Notes under the pieces: model-generated
What the model was told of the DNA's origin: nothing
What the model saw: only the letters and a program-made list of their open reading frames with translations
Database searches by the model: none
Program-made: the position numbers and the translations under genes
From: Macrostomum lignano
Taxonomy: Eukaryota
DNA: 64,000 bases
NCBI GenBank assembly: GCA_002269645.1
Contig: NIVC01000778.1
Coordinates: forward strand, 372,001 to 436,000
Direction: 5' to 3'
In this document: positions 52,173-63,774 of the stretch, piece by piece
Layout of the letters: every line of letters starts with the position of its first letter
How positions within the stretch are numbered: the stretch's first letter is position 1

Positions 52173-52450
52173 CGTATGAATAAATAGCAAAGAATTAAAA
52201 CTAGAATTAAGAAAGTATTCTGAAAAATCTAAAAAATGGATTTTAGAATTGTATCTTGTCAAGAAATTGAAGACAAGATAAGACAAGACAAGAGCAAGAC
52301 AAGATACAATTTTGAAATATATATTTTTAGATTTACTTTGTCTTGTCTTGTCTCAAATTTCTCAACTTATAAGCCTTTCTTGTCTCAAATCTCGTCTCGA
52401 ATAAAATATCTAATTTTGACACCTCTAAAAAGCATAGATACCATATAAAG

Positions 52451-53064
52451 CAGGGTTCCCCAACCTGCAGCCTGTGGCAACTTCTAATAGTTTGCATTAT
52501 ATATATGTTATTATAAATTGATAACAACATGACTATTATCATGACGATTCTGGTAATTAAAATGATTAGTTAATAACATGCTTGGGTGCAACCTAGGGAT
52601 TCACCCGGCCGTTTCTATTGGCAACACACACATGTAAGTCATTATTGGACGGAATAGTAGTCACGTGACTGCTCTCAGCCAATAGTGACTTAAATGTGTG
52701 TGTTGCCAATAGAAATGGCCGAGTGATTCCAAAGGTTGCGCATGTATGGTTAATAAGAAAATAGTAGCAGAAAAAAGGTTTTTGAAATAATTTAACACAG
52801 AAAAATGCACAAAAAATTATTTATATTAATTTGTACGCCAGTCATGTACACCACACTGTACACAGCCAAGAAATATACGCCAGTGTACACCACAAAACTC
52901 CTCTTTCTGCAATATGGTATGGACTGCCAAAACTAGATTTCATTATGCCAATTTATGGCTCTTAAAATGATATGCAGCCCCTTAAATAAAAAAAATGTAT
53001 GCAATTGCAATTCCTAAATCATTTGGATTGCTATTTTAACTATTCTAAAGGTTGGAGACCCTTG
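52451..53064. mobile_element. Old Charlie-like hAT MITE
   Basis: Imperfect TIRs cagggttccccaacct / aggttggagacccttg; degenerate 8-bp TSD atataaag vs gtgtagag. Confidence 0.65.
52577..52748. mobile_element. Palindromic hAT-type MITE, 172 bp, nested in the Charlie-like MITE
   Basis: Exact 8-bp TSD gttaataa; right TIR gttgcgcatgtatg identical to that of 12495-12792; ~55-bp internal inverted arms. Confidence 0.85.
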
Positions 53065-53376
53065 GTGTAGAGTATTTAGGGAGGGTTTAAGGGTTAGGCA
53101 GGATATAGAAGGTATAAAGAGAGTATAAAGAAGATATAAAGTATATGGAAAATATGGAAACTAGGAATATAAATTATAAATAGGATAATTTAGTTAGTTA
53201 TAAACTATAAAATATTTACTAGTATTTACTATAAAATATTTACTTTACATTTTAGCTAGGGGCCTACACCAATAAGCTATTTTCTGACTCTTCATTTGTA
53301 GCAAATACTATTTTGTGTATCTGGTTGTCTTCTAAGAGGTATTGTCTATTGAGTCTATTGACAGAAATATTTTTCC

Positions 53377-53929
53377 GGCAATCCTACACTTCCGTTCGGT
53401 AAATTATTTTCACATTTGAATTCGTACCACTGAGTCAAATGACGTTGATTGGCAATGTGTCTATGGCCAAAAGTTTGAGCAAACAGAGTTTAAAGGGGTG
53501 TCAGTTTAAGGGAGCTGTTGCTTGTGAGCTGCTTGTTTTATTGAGCTTCAATTTCTCATATCTTCCAGTCTTCATTGCCATGGAGACATGTCCACACCAA
53601 CACCGTGGAGGGCACATGGGCCCACGCGAAGCGCAAGATCCGCAACATGCATGGCATGAGCGACGCTCTCTTCGATGCACACATTGAGGAATTTCTCTGG
53701 CGTCGTCTGTATCCCCAATGTCCATTTGGGGCTATCCTGTACTGGATTGGACATTACTATCCATTGTAGACACCTTAATGACCTGCAGACACACTCTAAG
53801 TGACTATGCGCTCTAACAGACTGCTACCATGTTCCACTGTTTTAGTTTTGTTTGGTTACATTGTTATTTACCACGCCTGTTCAAAATTCAATGTCAAAAC
53901 AATTTACCGAACGGAAGTGTAGGATTGCC
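53377..53929 (+). mobile_element. Merlin (IS1595/ISXO2-like) transposon deletion derivative, 553 bp
   Basis: TIRs ggcaatcctacacttccgttcggtaaatt (29 bp perfect, ~45 bp imperfect); exact 8-bp TSD atttttcc; internal ORF 53575-53769 HTNTVEGTWAHAKR..HIEEFLWRR is the IS1595-family transposase C-terminal motif. Confidence 0.9.
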
Positions 53930-54839
53930 ATTTTTCCTGATGTCTTGAGTTTGTGAAAATTTGGTCAAGTAGTGTAGGATGTCGGAACCATTTCTTGCTC
54001 CACACAGTCTACATGCTTCTTGAGAAAATATGTTGGGTGTAATGATCTCACATTACAGTTTTAGAAGTGTTGTTAGGATTTTTTGTTTCTAAATATGCAT
54101 GGGAAATAATCTGAAAGGTCAGGCCTGCAGATTTTTTATAGAGATAGGCGTCTTTGTAGGATGTAACATTTTGCTGATCCTCTAGCAACAATATTAATTG
54201 CTAGATACAATTAATTTAGTAGTAGTAGTAGTAAGTTTGGCTCAGGCAAGAAGCCTGTTTGGCCAGTATATGTCAGTGTATTTAATATTAATATTTTTCG
54301 ATAGAATGGGATCTGTGCGGCCGAGTTTTACAATAATATAGTATTTGAAAGGGCGCCAATTTTCTTTTTCTTCTACGAAACTTCAAAAATCTTTAACGGC
54401 AAACAAAGCAAAAAGTATTTAAGTAAGGAATTAAAAGACAAGTATGGTGTCACTTAAATCCGTAGGTTTTCAAGTTTCAATATATTAAATTAATAATTTA
54501 ATATATTATTATATAGATTTTAAATTCTGCCACGAGGGATTTTAAATTTTATTATCACCGTTAAATAACCGTTTATGTAAAACCATGCTTAGTTTATTGA
54601 CTAGCAATCTAGTGCGGCCCCCCTTCGGGGCGCCCAATAAGAAAGGAGCAAAAATAGTTCATGGAAAACAATAAAAAAACACATTTTCTTAAACACTAAT
54701 TCCTTCTTCACATTTTAAAAATCACCTTATTCGTGTAAAATTGTCACGGACTAAGATGTTTGCAAAATTAAAAAATCACTTTTTCTCTAAAATTAACAAA
54801 CAGTCAACAAAATATCGTTTCCCTAAATAGAAAATATTC

Positions 54840-55245
54840 CCAAGACAGCAAGCAACCCCCTCCAAAAGTGAACAATCGCAGATAGCAAGCATCCTCTAAT
54901 GCTCATAGCAAGAATCACCACAGATAGCAAGCATCTGCAGATTAGCAAGCATCCCCCAGATATTATAGAAGCATCCACCCAGATAGCAAGCATCCACCCA
55001 GATAGCAAGCATTCTGCAGATAGCAAGCACCCCCAGATATTATAGAAGCATCCTGCAGATAGCAAGCACCCCCCAGATATTATAGAAGCATCCACCCAGA
55101 TAGCAAGCATCCTGCAGATAGCAAGAATCCCTGAATAGCAAGCATCCCTGGATAGAAAGAATCCCATGCATGTAGCCAGTACCCCCTCTCCCAAATAGCA
55201 AGTATCCCCCCTCGAGAGCAAGCATCCACGAGACAGCAAGTAGCT
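54840..55245. repeat. Degenerate ~15-20-bp minisatellite (agatagcaagcatcc)
   Basis: Repeated units visible. Confidence 0.75.
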
Positions 55246-55360
55246 AGTGCAAATGTTACTTCCGCTAATGCAATAATCGCTTTCTCAGGTTGTGCAACAA
55301 TCCACGTCTCAGCGAGCGCAATAATCTCTTTTTTAGACAGCGCAGTAATCAGCTTCTCAG

Positions 55361-58300
55361 CTAGTGCAATAATCCTTGGTTTATTAATAGCAATAATCCT
55401 TGATTAATCAAGTGCAATGATCCTTGGTTTATCAAGTGCAATAATCCTTGGTTTATCAAATGCAGTAATCTTTGGCTTATCAAGTGCAATAATCCTTGGT
55501 TTATCAAGTGCAATAATCCTTTGTTTATCAAGTGCAATAATCCTTGGTTTATCAAGTGCAATAATCCTTGGTTTATTAAGTGCAATAATCCTTGGTTTAT
55601 CAAGTGCAATAATCCTTGGTTTATCTAGCGCAGTAATCCTTGGCTTATCAGGTGCAATAATCCTTGGTTTATCAAGTGCAATATTTGTTTATCAAGTGCA
55701 ATAATCCTTGGTTTATCAAGTGAAATAATCCTTGGTTTATCAAGTGCAATAATCCTTGGCTTATCAACTGCAATAATCCTTGGTTTATCAAGTGCAGTAA
55801 TCCTTGGCCTATCAAGTGCAATAATCCTTGGTTTATCAAGTGCAATAATCCTTGGTTTATCAAGCGCAGTAATCCTTGGCCTATCAAGTGCAATAATCCT
55901 TGGCTTATCAAGTGCAATAATCCTTGGTTTATCAAGTGCAATAATCCTTGGTTTATCAAGTGCAGTAATCCTTGGCCTATCAAGTGCAATAATCCTTGGT
56001 TTGCCAAGAGCAATAATCCTTAGTTTATCGAGTGCAGTAATCCTTAGTTTTCCAAGTGCAGTAATCCTTGGTTTATTAAGAGCAATAATCCTTGGCTTAT
56101 CGAGTGCAGTAATCCTTGGTTTGCCAAGAGCAATAATCCTTGGTTTATCAAGTGCAATAATCCTTGGTTTATCAAGTGCAATAATCCTTGGTTTATCAAG
56201 TGCAATAATCCTTGGTTTATCAGATGCAATAATCCTTGGCTTATCAACTGCAATAATCCTTGGTTTATCAAGTGCAATAATCCTTGGCTTATCAAGTGCA
56301 ATAATCCTTGGTTTATCAAGTGCAATAATCCTTGGTTTATCAAGCGCAGTAATCTTTGGCCTATCAAGTGCAATAATCCTTTGTTTATCAAGTGCAATAA
56401 TCCTTGGTTTATCAAGTGCAATAATCTTTGGTTTATCAGATGCAATAATCCTTGGCTTATCAACTGCAATAATCATTGGTTTATCAAGTGCAATAATCCT
56501 TGGCTTATCAAGTGCAATAATCCTTGGTTTATCAAGTGCAATAATCCTTGGTTTATCAAGCGCAGTAATTTTTGGCCTATCAAGTGCAATAATCCTTGGT
56601 TTATCAAGTGCAGTAATCCTTGGCCTATCAAGTGCAATAATCCTTGGTTTATCAAGTGCAATAGTCTTTGGTTTATCGAGTGCAGTAATCCTTAGTTTTC
56701 CAAGTGCAGTAATCCTTGGTTTATTAAGAGCAATAATCCTTGGTTTATCGAGTGGAGTAGTCCTTGGTTTATTAATATCAATAATCCTTGAATAATCCAG
56801 TGCATTAATCCTTGGCTTATCAAGTGCAACATTCTTTACTATCAAGTGAAATAATCCATGGCTTATCAAGTGCAATAATCCTTGGCTTATCAAGTGCAAT
56901 AATCCTTGGTTTATCAAGTGCAATAATCCTTGGTTTATCAAGTGCAATAATCCTTGGTTTATTAAGTGCAATAATCCTTGGTTTATCAAGTGCAATAATC
57001 CTTGGTTTATCTAGCGCAGTAATCCTTGGCTTATCAGGTGCAATAATCCTTGGTTTATCAAGTGCAATATTTGTTTATCAAGTGCAATAATCCTTGGTTT
57101 ATCAAGTGAAATAATCCTTGGTTTATCAAGTGCAATAATCCTTGGCTTATCAACTGCAATAATCCTTGGTTTATCAAGCGCAGTAATCTTTGGCCTATCA
57201 AGTGCAATAATCCTTGGTTTATCAAGTGCAGTAATCCTTGGCCTATCAAGTGCAATAATCCTTGGTTTATCAAGTGCAATAATCCTTGGTTTATCAAGTG
57301 CAATAATCCTTGGTTTATCAAGTGCAATATTCCTTGGCTTATCAACTGCAATAATCCTTGGTTTATCAAGTGCAATAGTCCTTGGTTTATCAAGCGCAGT
57401 AATCCTTGGCCTATCAAGTGCAATAATCCTTGGTTTATCAAGTGCAATAATCCTTTGTTTATCAAGTGCAATAATCCTTGGTTTATCAAGCGCAGTAATC
57501 CTTGGCTTATCAAGTGCAATAATCCTTGGTTTATCAAGTGCAATAATCCTTGGTTTATCAAGCGCAGTAATCTTTGGCCTATCAAGTGCAATAATCCTTG
57601 GTTTATCAAGTGCAGTAATCCTTGGCCTATCAAGTGCAATAATCCTTGGTTTATCAAGTGCAATAGTCTTTGGTTTATCGAGTGCAGTAATCCTTAGTTT
57701 TCCAAGTGCAGTAATCCTTGGTTTATTAAGAGCAATAATCCTTGGTTTATCGAGTGCAGTAGTCCTTGGTTTATTAATATCAATAATCCTTGAATAATCC
57801 AGTGCATTAATCCTTGGCTTATCAAGTGCAACATTCTTTACTATCAAGTGCAATAATCCATGGCTTATCAAGTGCAATAATCCTTGGTTTATCAAGTGCA
57901 ATAATCCTTGGTTTATCAAGCGCAGTAATCTTTGGCCTATCAAGTGCAATAATCCTTGGTTTATCAAGTGCAGTAATCCTTGGCCTATCAAGTGCAATAA
58001 TCCTTGGTTTATCAAGTGCAATAATCCTTGGTTTATCAAGTGCAATAATCCTTGGTTTATCAAGTGCAATATTCCTTGGCTTATCAACTGCAATAATCCT
58101 TGGTTTATCAAGTGCAATAGTCCTTGGTTTATCAAGCGCAGTAATCCTTGGCCTATCAAGTGCAATAATCCTTGGTTTATCAAGTGCAATAATCCTTTGT
58201 TTATCAAGTGCAATAATCCTTGGTTTATCAAGCGCAGTAATCCTTGGCTTATCAAGTGCAATAATCCTTGGTTTATCAAGTGCAATAATCCTTGGTTTAT

Positions 58301-59153
58301 CAAGCGCAGTAATCTTTGGCCTATCAAGTGCAATAATCCTTGGTTTATCAAGTGCAGTAATCCTTGGCCTATCAAGTGCAATAATCCTTGGTTTATCAAG
58401 TGCAATAGTCTTTGGTTTATCGAGTGCAGTAATCCTTAGTTTTCCAAGTGCAGTAATCCTTGGTTTATTAAGAGCAATAATCCTTGGTTTATCGAGTGCA
58501 GTAGTCCTTGGTTTATTAATATCAATAATCCTTGAATAATCCAGTGCATTAATCCTTGGCTTATCAAGTGCAACATTCTTTACTATCAAGTGCAATAATC
58601 CATGGCTTATCAAGTGCAATAATCCTTGGCTTATCAAGTGCAATAATCCTTGGTTTATCAAGTGCAATAATCCTTGGTTTATCAAGTGCAATAATCCTTG
58701 GTTTATTAAGTGCAATATTCCTTGGTTTATCAAGTGCAATAATCCTTGGTTTATCAAGCGCAGTAATCTTTGGCCTATCAAGTGCAATAATCCTTGGTTT
58801 ATCAAGTGCAGTAATCTTTGGCCTATCAAGTGCAATATTCCTTGGTTTATCAAGTGCAATAGTCCTTGGTTTATCGAGTGCAGTAATCCTTGGTTTTCCA
58901 AGTGCAATAATCCTTGGCTTCTTGAGTGCAGTAATCCTTGGTTTGCCAAGAGCAATAGTCCTTGGTTTATCGAGTGCAGTAATCCTTGGTTTTCCAAGTG
59001 CAGTAATCCTTGGTTTATTAATAGCAATAATCCTTGGCTTCTTGAGTGCAGTAATCCTTGGTTTGCCAAGAGCAATAGTCCTTGGTTTATCGAGTGCAGT
59101 AGTCCTTGGTTTATTAATAGCAATAATCCTTGGCTTATCGAGTGCAGTAATCT
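55361..59153. repeat. 21-bp satellite (aataatccttggtttatcaagtgca core) with higher-order blocks, ~180 units
   Basis: 3.8-kb array; diagnostic variant units recur at 56826/57828/58570 and 55681/57067. Confidence 0.97.
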
Positions 59154-59221
59154 AAGTGTTTTTATTTAGTCCTTTAATAAAACCTTTTAATAAAAAATTT
59201 TACACTACTACTTTTAAACTA

Positions 59222-59280
59222 CTTAGATTCGAACCTAGGTCGCTGCATTAGCAGTCTGGTCTGTTCAGCTCTAGGCTAGC
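59222..59280 (-). mobile_element. tRNA-derived SINE head or tRNA pseudogene fragment
   Basis: Minus strand tagcctagagctg...ggttcgaatct (A/B-box-like); no complete cloverleaf. Confidence 0.4.
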
Positions 59281-59782
59281 TCTCATCGAAGTTATCAGTG
59301 ATGTTGTACCACTTATATAATTCAACACTCACACCAAGTCAGGTAGAGTAAAAAGTCTCACGAAGCAGTTATGACATAATCAATTTCTTAGGCAAGTCAG
59401 TACCAGTGTCTATGAAAGTTAACAAATGGTTACGTAATATAAATTGAGTACTGTGCTATGCTTTCACACTCAACGCTGTGATGCAATTCAATTGAGTGTC
59501 AAATTCAGCCAGTACACAGACGATAAATAAAAGCCTATTGTTATGATGCAATCTATTTCAAAATCAGAATTCAACCAGTCAGTTTTTTCTCTAGCATTCT
59601 TACAATGCATTTCAAGTCGAAAGAGCTGCTTGACCTTTGCAAAAAAGCATGTTTTTCGAATATTTAATCTCTTTAGCATCGAGCAATTTTTTAGCCACGA
59701 TGCATGTACCGTCACGGAAAAATTTCTGATCGAACAGTGCAAGTTCGAAGAAAATCGGTTGAGCCGTTTTTGCTAAAATCGA

Positions 59783-59820
<38 letters not shown>

Positions 59821-59954
59821 CGACAGACCATTTTTAGTATATTGGACTAGCAATCTACGCCCCCCGTTGGGGAGCCAAATAAATGCAATACACGTTTTTT
59901 AATAAGCAACATGTAGCTAAGCCTTGAAATCTTAAAAAATCTCCTGTCAAACTT

Positions 59955-60195
59955 CTAACCATAACCCCAACCCTAACCATAACCCTAAATTGAATATTTT
60001 GTTCACGAGTTTTTGCATGATGCTTGCATTATTTTTTGCATGACGCTTCCATAAATATTTTTAATAGGCTACTACATGAGCTAAGTTATAAGCTACCCTA
60101 ACCCTAGCCCTAAGCCAAATCTTAACGCTATACCCTGAACCTAACACTAAACCTTGAAACCCTAACACCAATCCTAACACTAACCCTACAGCCTG
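59955..60195. repeat. Degenerate CCCTAA (telomere-like) repeats
   Basis: accataaccccaaccctaaccataaccctaa and accctaaccctagccctaa...actaaccctac. Confidence 0.6.
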
Positions 60196-61099
60196 ACATT
60201 TTCATAAGTTTGTGAAGCGCTTATGCACCAAATTTTTGTGAACAGAATATTCTCAGTGAAATGAAATATTTGAAGCTTTATTTATTCCCGGCATAGCACA
60301 TCACTACAAAGAACGTGCATATACGCGTACCATTTAATACTGGCATACTTTAAGCGTAGGATGATACGAAACTGCGTGAATAAATTCGCCGAACTATTAA
60401 ACATTTCTGTTAGTTTCACGATTATTATACACAGTACATGTACAAAGTAACAGTACTGTTCAACTGTACTGTTACGAGCTACAACAAACAAAAAACAACA
60501 AACGACCGGTACGTGCTTTTAATTAAATTTTAAACAACCGAAAATTGACGTTCAGCAGTTAAAACAATATTTAAACCAACACATGCATTTATTCAAATGA
60601 TATGATATGATCTTCTGCTGCTAATACGAGCGTAGCAGGTGAAAATTTGCAATGATGTAATAATTAATTAACAAAAGGATAGACTGTCGCTTCAGCAGAT
60701 GGTGCCATCGACAAGCAGCCAGTATAGCTTTAGCAGTACAAAAATGTACATGTATATGCCATCCTGACTACCTGCCGACTCGCGTCACTGCTCAATTGCA
60801 TGCATTGGGTGTAAGCAAAGGTAGAGACATTCATTCTCAAACCAAACATTAAGTCGCTCCGCTCTGCTTAAGGCTGCTACAGAGCTTGACTGCAAATGCT
60901 CCTTTTAGAGTCTGGAACCACAGGGTATATAGAGCAGCTCCTATACACCATTCACAAACTCTTTTAGCCCAGTTAAGATGCAGTCAACCTACTCTCAATG
61001 AGGGCTGCTTCATAAATTCCAATTATACATACATGTTTCACCTGCTTATACCTGTACTATTTCTGTTTACTGACTGTATTTTATGGTCTGTTCAGCGAC

Positions 61100-61990
61100 T
61101 GTATTAGTGACTGCATTATTGTCTGTTTAGAGGCTGTATTGTCTGTTAAACGACTGTATTGTCTGTTTAGAGGCTGTATTGTCTGTTAAACGACTGTATT
61201 GTCTGTTTAGAGGCTGTATTGTCTGTTAAACGACTGTATTGTCTGTTTAGAGGCTGTATTGTCTGTTAAACGACTGTATTGTCTGTTTAGAGACTGCATT
61301 GTCTGTTTAGAGACTGTATTGTCTGTTTAGAGACTGCATTGTCTGTTTAGAGACTGTATTGTCTGTTTAGAGACTGTATTGCCTGTTTAGAGACTGTATT
61401 GTCTGTTTAGAGGCTGTATTGTCTGTTAAACGACTGTATTGTCTGTTTAGAGACTGTATTGCCTGTTTAGAGACTGTATTGTCTGTTTAGAGGCTGTATT
61501 GTCTGTTTAGAGGCTGTATTGTCTGTTAAACGACTGTATTGTCTGTTTAGAGACTGTATTGCCTGTTTAGAGACTGTATTGTCTGTTTAGAGGCTGTATT
61601 GTCTGTTAAACGACTGTATTGTCTGTTTAGAGGCTGTATTGTCTGTTAAACGACTGTATTGTCTGTTTAGAGGCTGTATTGTCTGTTAAACGACTGTATT
61701 GTCTGTTTAGAGGCTGTATTGTCTGTTAAACGACTGTATTGTCTGTTAAACGACTGTATTGTCTGTTTAGAGACTGCATTGTCTGTTAAAGGCTGTATTG
61801 CCTGTTTAGACATTGTATTGTCTGTTTAGAGACTATATTGTCTGCTTAAGGCTGTATTGTCTGTTTAGAGGCTGTATTGCCTGTTTAGAGGCTGTATTGT
61901 CTGTTTAGAGGCTGTATTGTCTGTTTAGAGGCTGTATTGCCTGTTTAGAGGCTGTATTGCCTGTTTAGGGATTGCATCATTGTCTGTTAA
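61100..61990. repeat. 20-bp minisatellite (gactgtattgtctgtttaga)
   Basis: About 43 tandem units with two alternating variants. Confidence 0.95.
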
Positions 61991-62202
61991 AGGCCTGTAT
62001 TTATTCTGTAATTTCTACTTTAAGTACTGTTACATTTATGTCCTATGAGTATAAGGAGGAACTTACGAAACATTCCTCGTAAATAGGATTTACTCAATGC
62101 ACTCTCTCAGGGCTATCAGTTCATTGAGACTCTACGCGACTTTGATTTCACTCTCAGCCATCAGACGCTCGGTCAAAAAAGTGGCGCGCCAACTGTGGCA
62201 AC

Positions 62203-63774
62203 TCACTGATACGAAGTGCTGTTCTGTACGCTGTGATCATCGAACGACATTCTGCTCGACTCATCCTGACCGTCGACACCTCCACTGCGGTGAAACTGAC
62301 TCCGGTCATCACCCGTCGACACTCGTCTGTATCGAATCTGCGAGAAGAAAAAATTTATAAGGATATAAAATATGCGTAACAAGAAAGTCCTATTAAGCAT
62401 GAATACATAAAAGCAACACAATAAGTACTGTTCTCTTTGCTATTCAATTTGCGATTTTCAAAATAAATAGCTTAACTGAACACCTGTCTAACCTGGTAAC
62501 CTAACAAACTTTATTATATTTAATCTTAATACTAAAAGTGGTGCGTTGTTTGTCTGTATAATCAACTAAATTTGTAGAAAATCACTCACCTTTTTGCCAT
62601 TTCCGAAGTCCCTCACAATTTCCTTCGAGTGTTTGTCATAAAACTCAAACAAGGCAGCAGGCTCCCGAATTATGGTCACACTTTCGTCTCCAATCTCATC
62701 AGCACCAAGTCCTGGAGTAGGCACTGGAGCGGGCACAGGTTCAAACCGGGTATCGCCTTCCTTTGCATTCCTATACCAGTCAGCCAAGACTCTGGCTTCA
62801 CCATCGTCACTGTTGCATTTTACGTCAGAGTTCGAGCATCCCAACGTGACGGAGCCCGAATACTCCTGCACCTTTGCTCTTCTTATGGACAAAACATCGC
62901 CGATGTTCCACCTGTCCACTTGAGCTGAGGACGAACCCCAAAACGTGCAGCTTACAGAGCCGAAGGTTCGGTCAACCAAAGTCACTTTGGCTACGTTAAC
63001 CTTTTTCCCAGCACGCGTTCGGACTTCTTCAGACGGTTGCCTGGCGTCGATCACTCCAAGCACATCGACGATTCTGATAGTGAAAGGGAGCAAAGGGACT
63101 TTTTTTAACTATTTGCACACTAACTTAAGCATCACATTAGATTTCTATTTGTACACTAACAGGAGCATCATGAAGCTAATAACCCAGGCTTCGTACAGTG
63201 TTGCGATGATAAATATTTTCAAACACAAGACAAACTAACTGTCACCCAAAAACACGATTACATGTACTTTCACTCCGCGATATTTGAGCACTAATACATG
63301 ACGAAAACTACTAAATCAATTAGTCACTCACCTGTCCAATCCAGTCTGTTGCAGTTGATTAATGCTAGTGTAATCAATTACTGGATCTCGAGCAACCGGC
63401 ACTTCGTTGCTTCTATAGATGAAGCCCTTGGAATCCACGGAAACGGTCATCTCAAGTGGATTGTCCGTACACTTGTACTCTGGCTTGGCAGTCTTCACCA
63501 TCCCGCCGGATATGCGAACGGCTTCAGCATCGTTGCATACTTCCCAGATAGCTTGCAAATCCTTACCGAAGACGCTGACTCGCATCTCAGATGAGTCGTC
63601 CACCAAGATGAACGAAAACACTTGGCCCTGACCTTTGTTGTTATTATACGTGTGAACGTCTTTCAGGTTCGTCACAAGGCCAGTGACAGGCGTAGGCATT
63701 TGCCCAACTGTCAGACCGGCAATCCCATCCTTCTTCGACTTCTTTTTCAAAGGTGACTCTGAATAAGAGGCCAT
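62203..63774 (-). CDS. RPA1 (RPA70)-like ssDNA-binding protein with only two OB folds (DBD-A and DBD-B), ~353 aa
   Basis: Exons 63774-63332, 63073-62590 and (less certain) 62337-62203, GT-AG and in phase. VHTYNNNKGQGQVFSFILVDDSSEMRVSVF and IVDVLGV..VTLVDRT..VSCTFWG..VLSIRRAKVQEYSG..EARVLADWY align with RPA70 DBD-A and DBD-B. Confidence 0.85.

Larger units (their letters stand above)
54601..59846 (-). mobile_element. Non-autonomous Helitron-like unit A containing satellite arrays
   Basis: Minus strand: 5' TC start (tccaatatactaaaaatggtctgtcgg followed by (GT)n) at 59846; 3' GC-rich hairpin (54614-54632) ~10 nt before terminal CTAG, followed by T, at 54601. That both ends belong to one element is inferred. 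Confidence 0.65.

Noticed and set aside
46226-52450. NUMT or endogenous virus as explanation of the AT-rich block
   Set aside because: No recognisable mitochondrial or viral protein, rRNA or tRNA in the frames tried; it contains decayed MITE motifs typical of nuclear repeats. A database search is still needed.
55361-59155. 430-460-aa ORFs (ALDKPRII, LHLINQG, LSSAIILG)
   Set aside because: A 21-bp satellite that is stop-free in several frames on both strands; no start or flanking domain.
62203-63774. Assigning the symbol RPA1 or MEIOB
   Set aside because: It lacks two of the four RPA1 OB domains and is too divergent to call orthology by eye.
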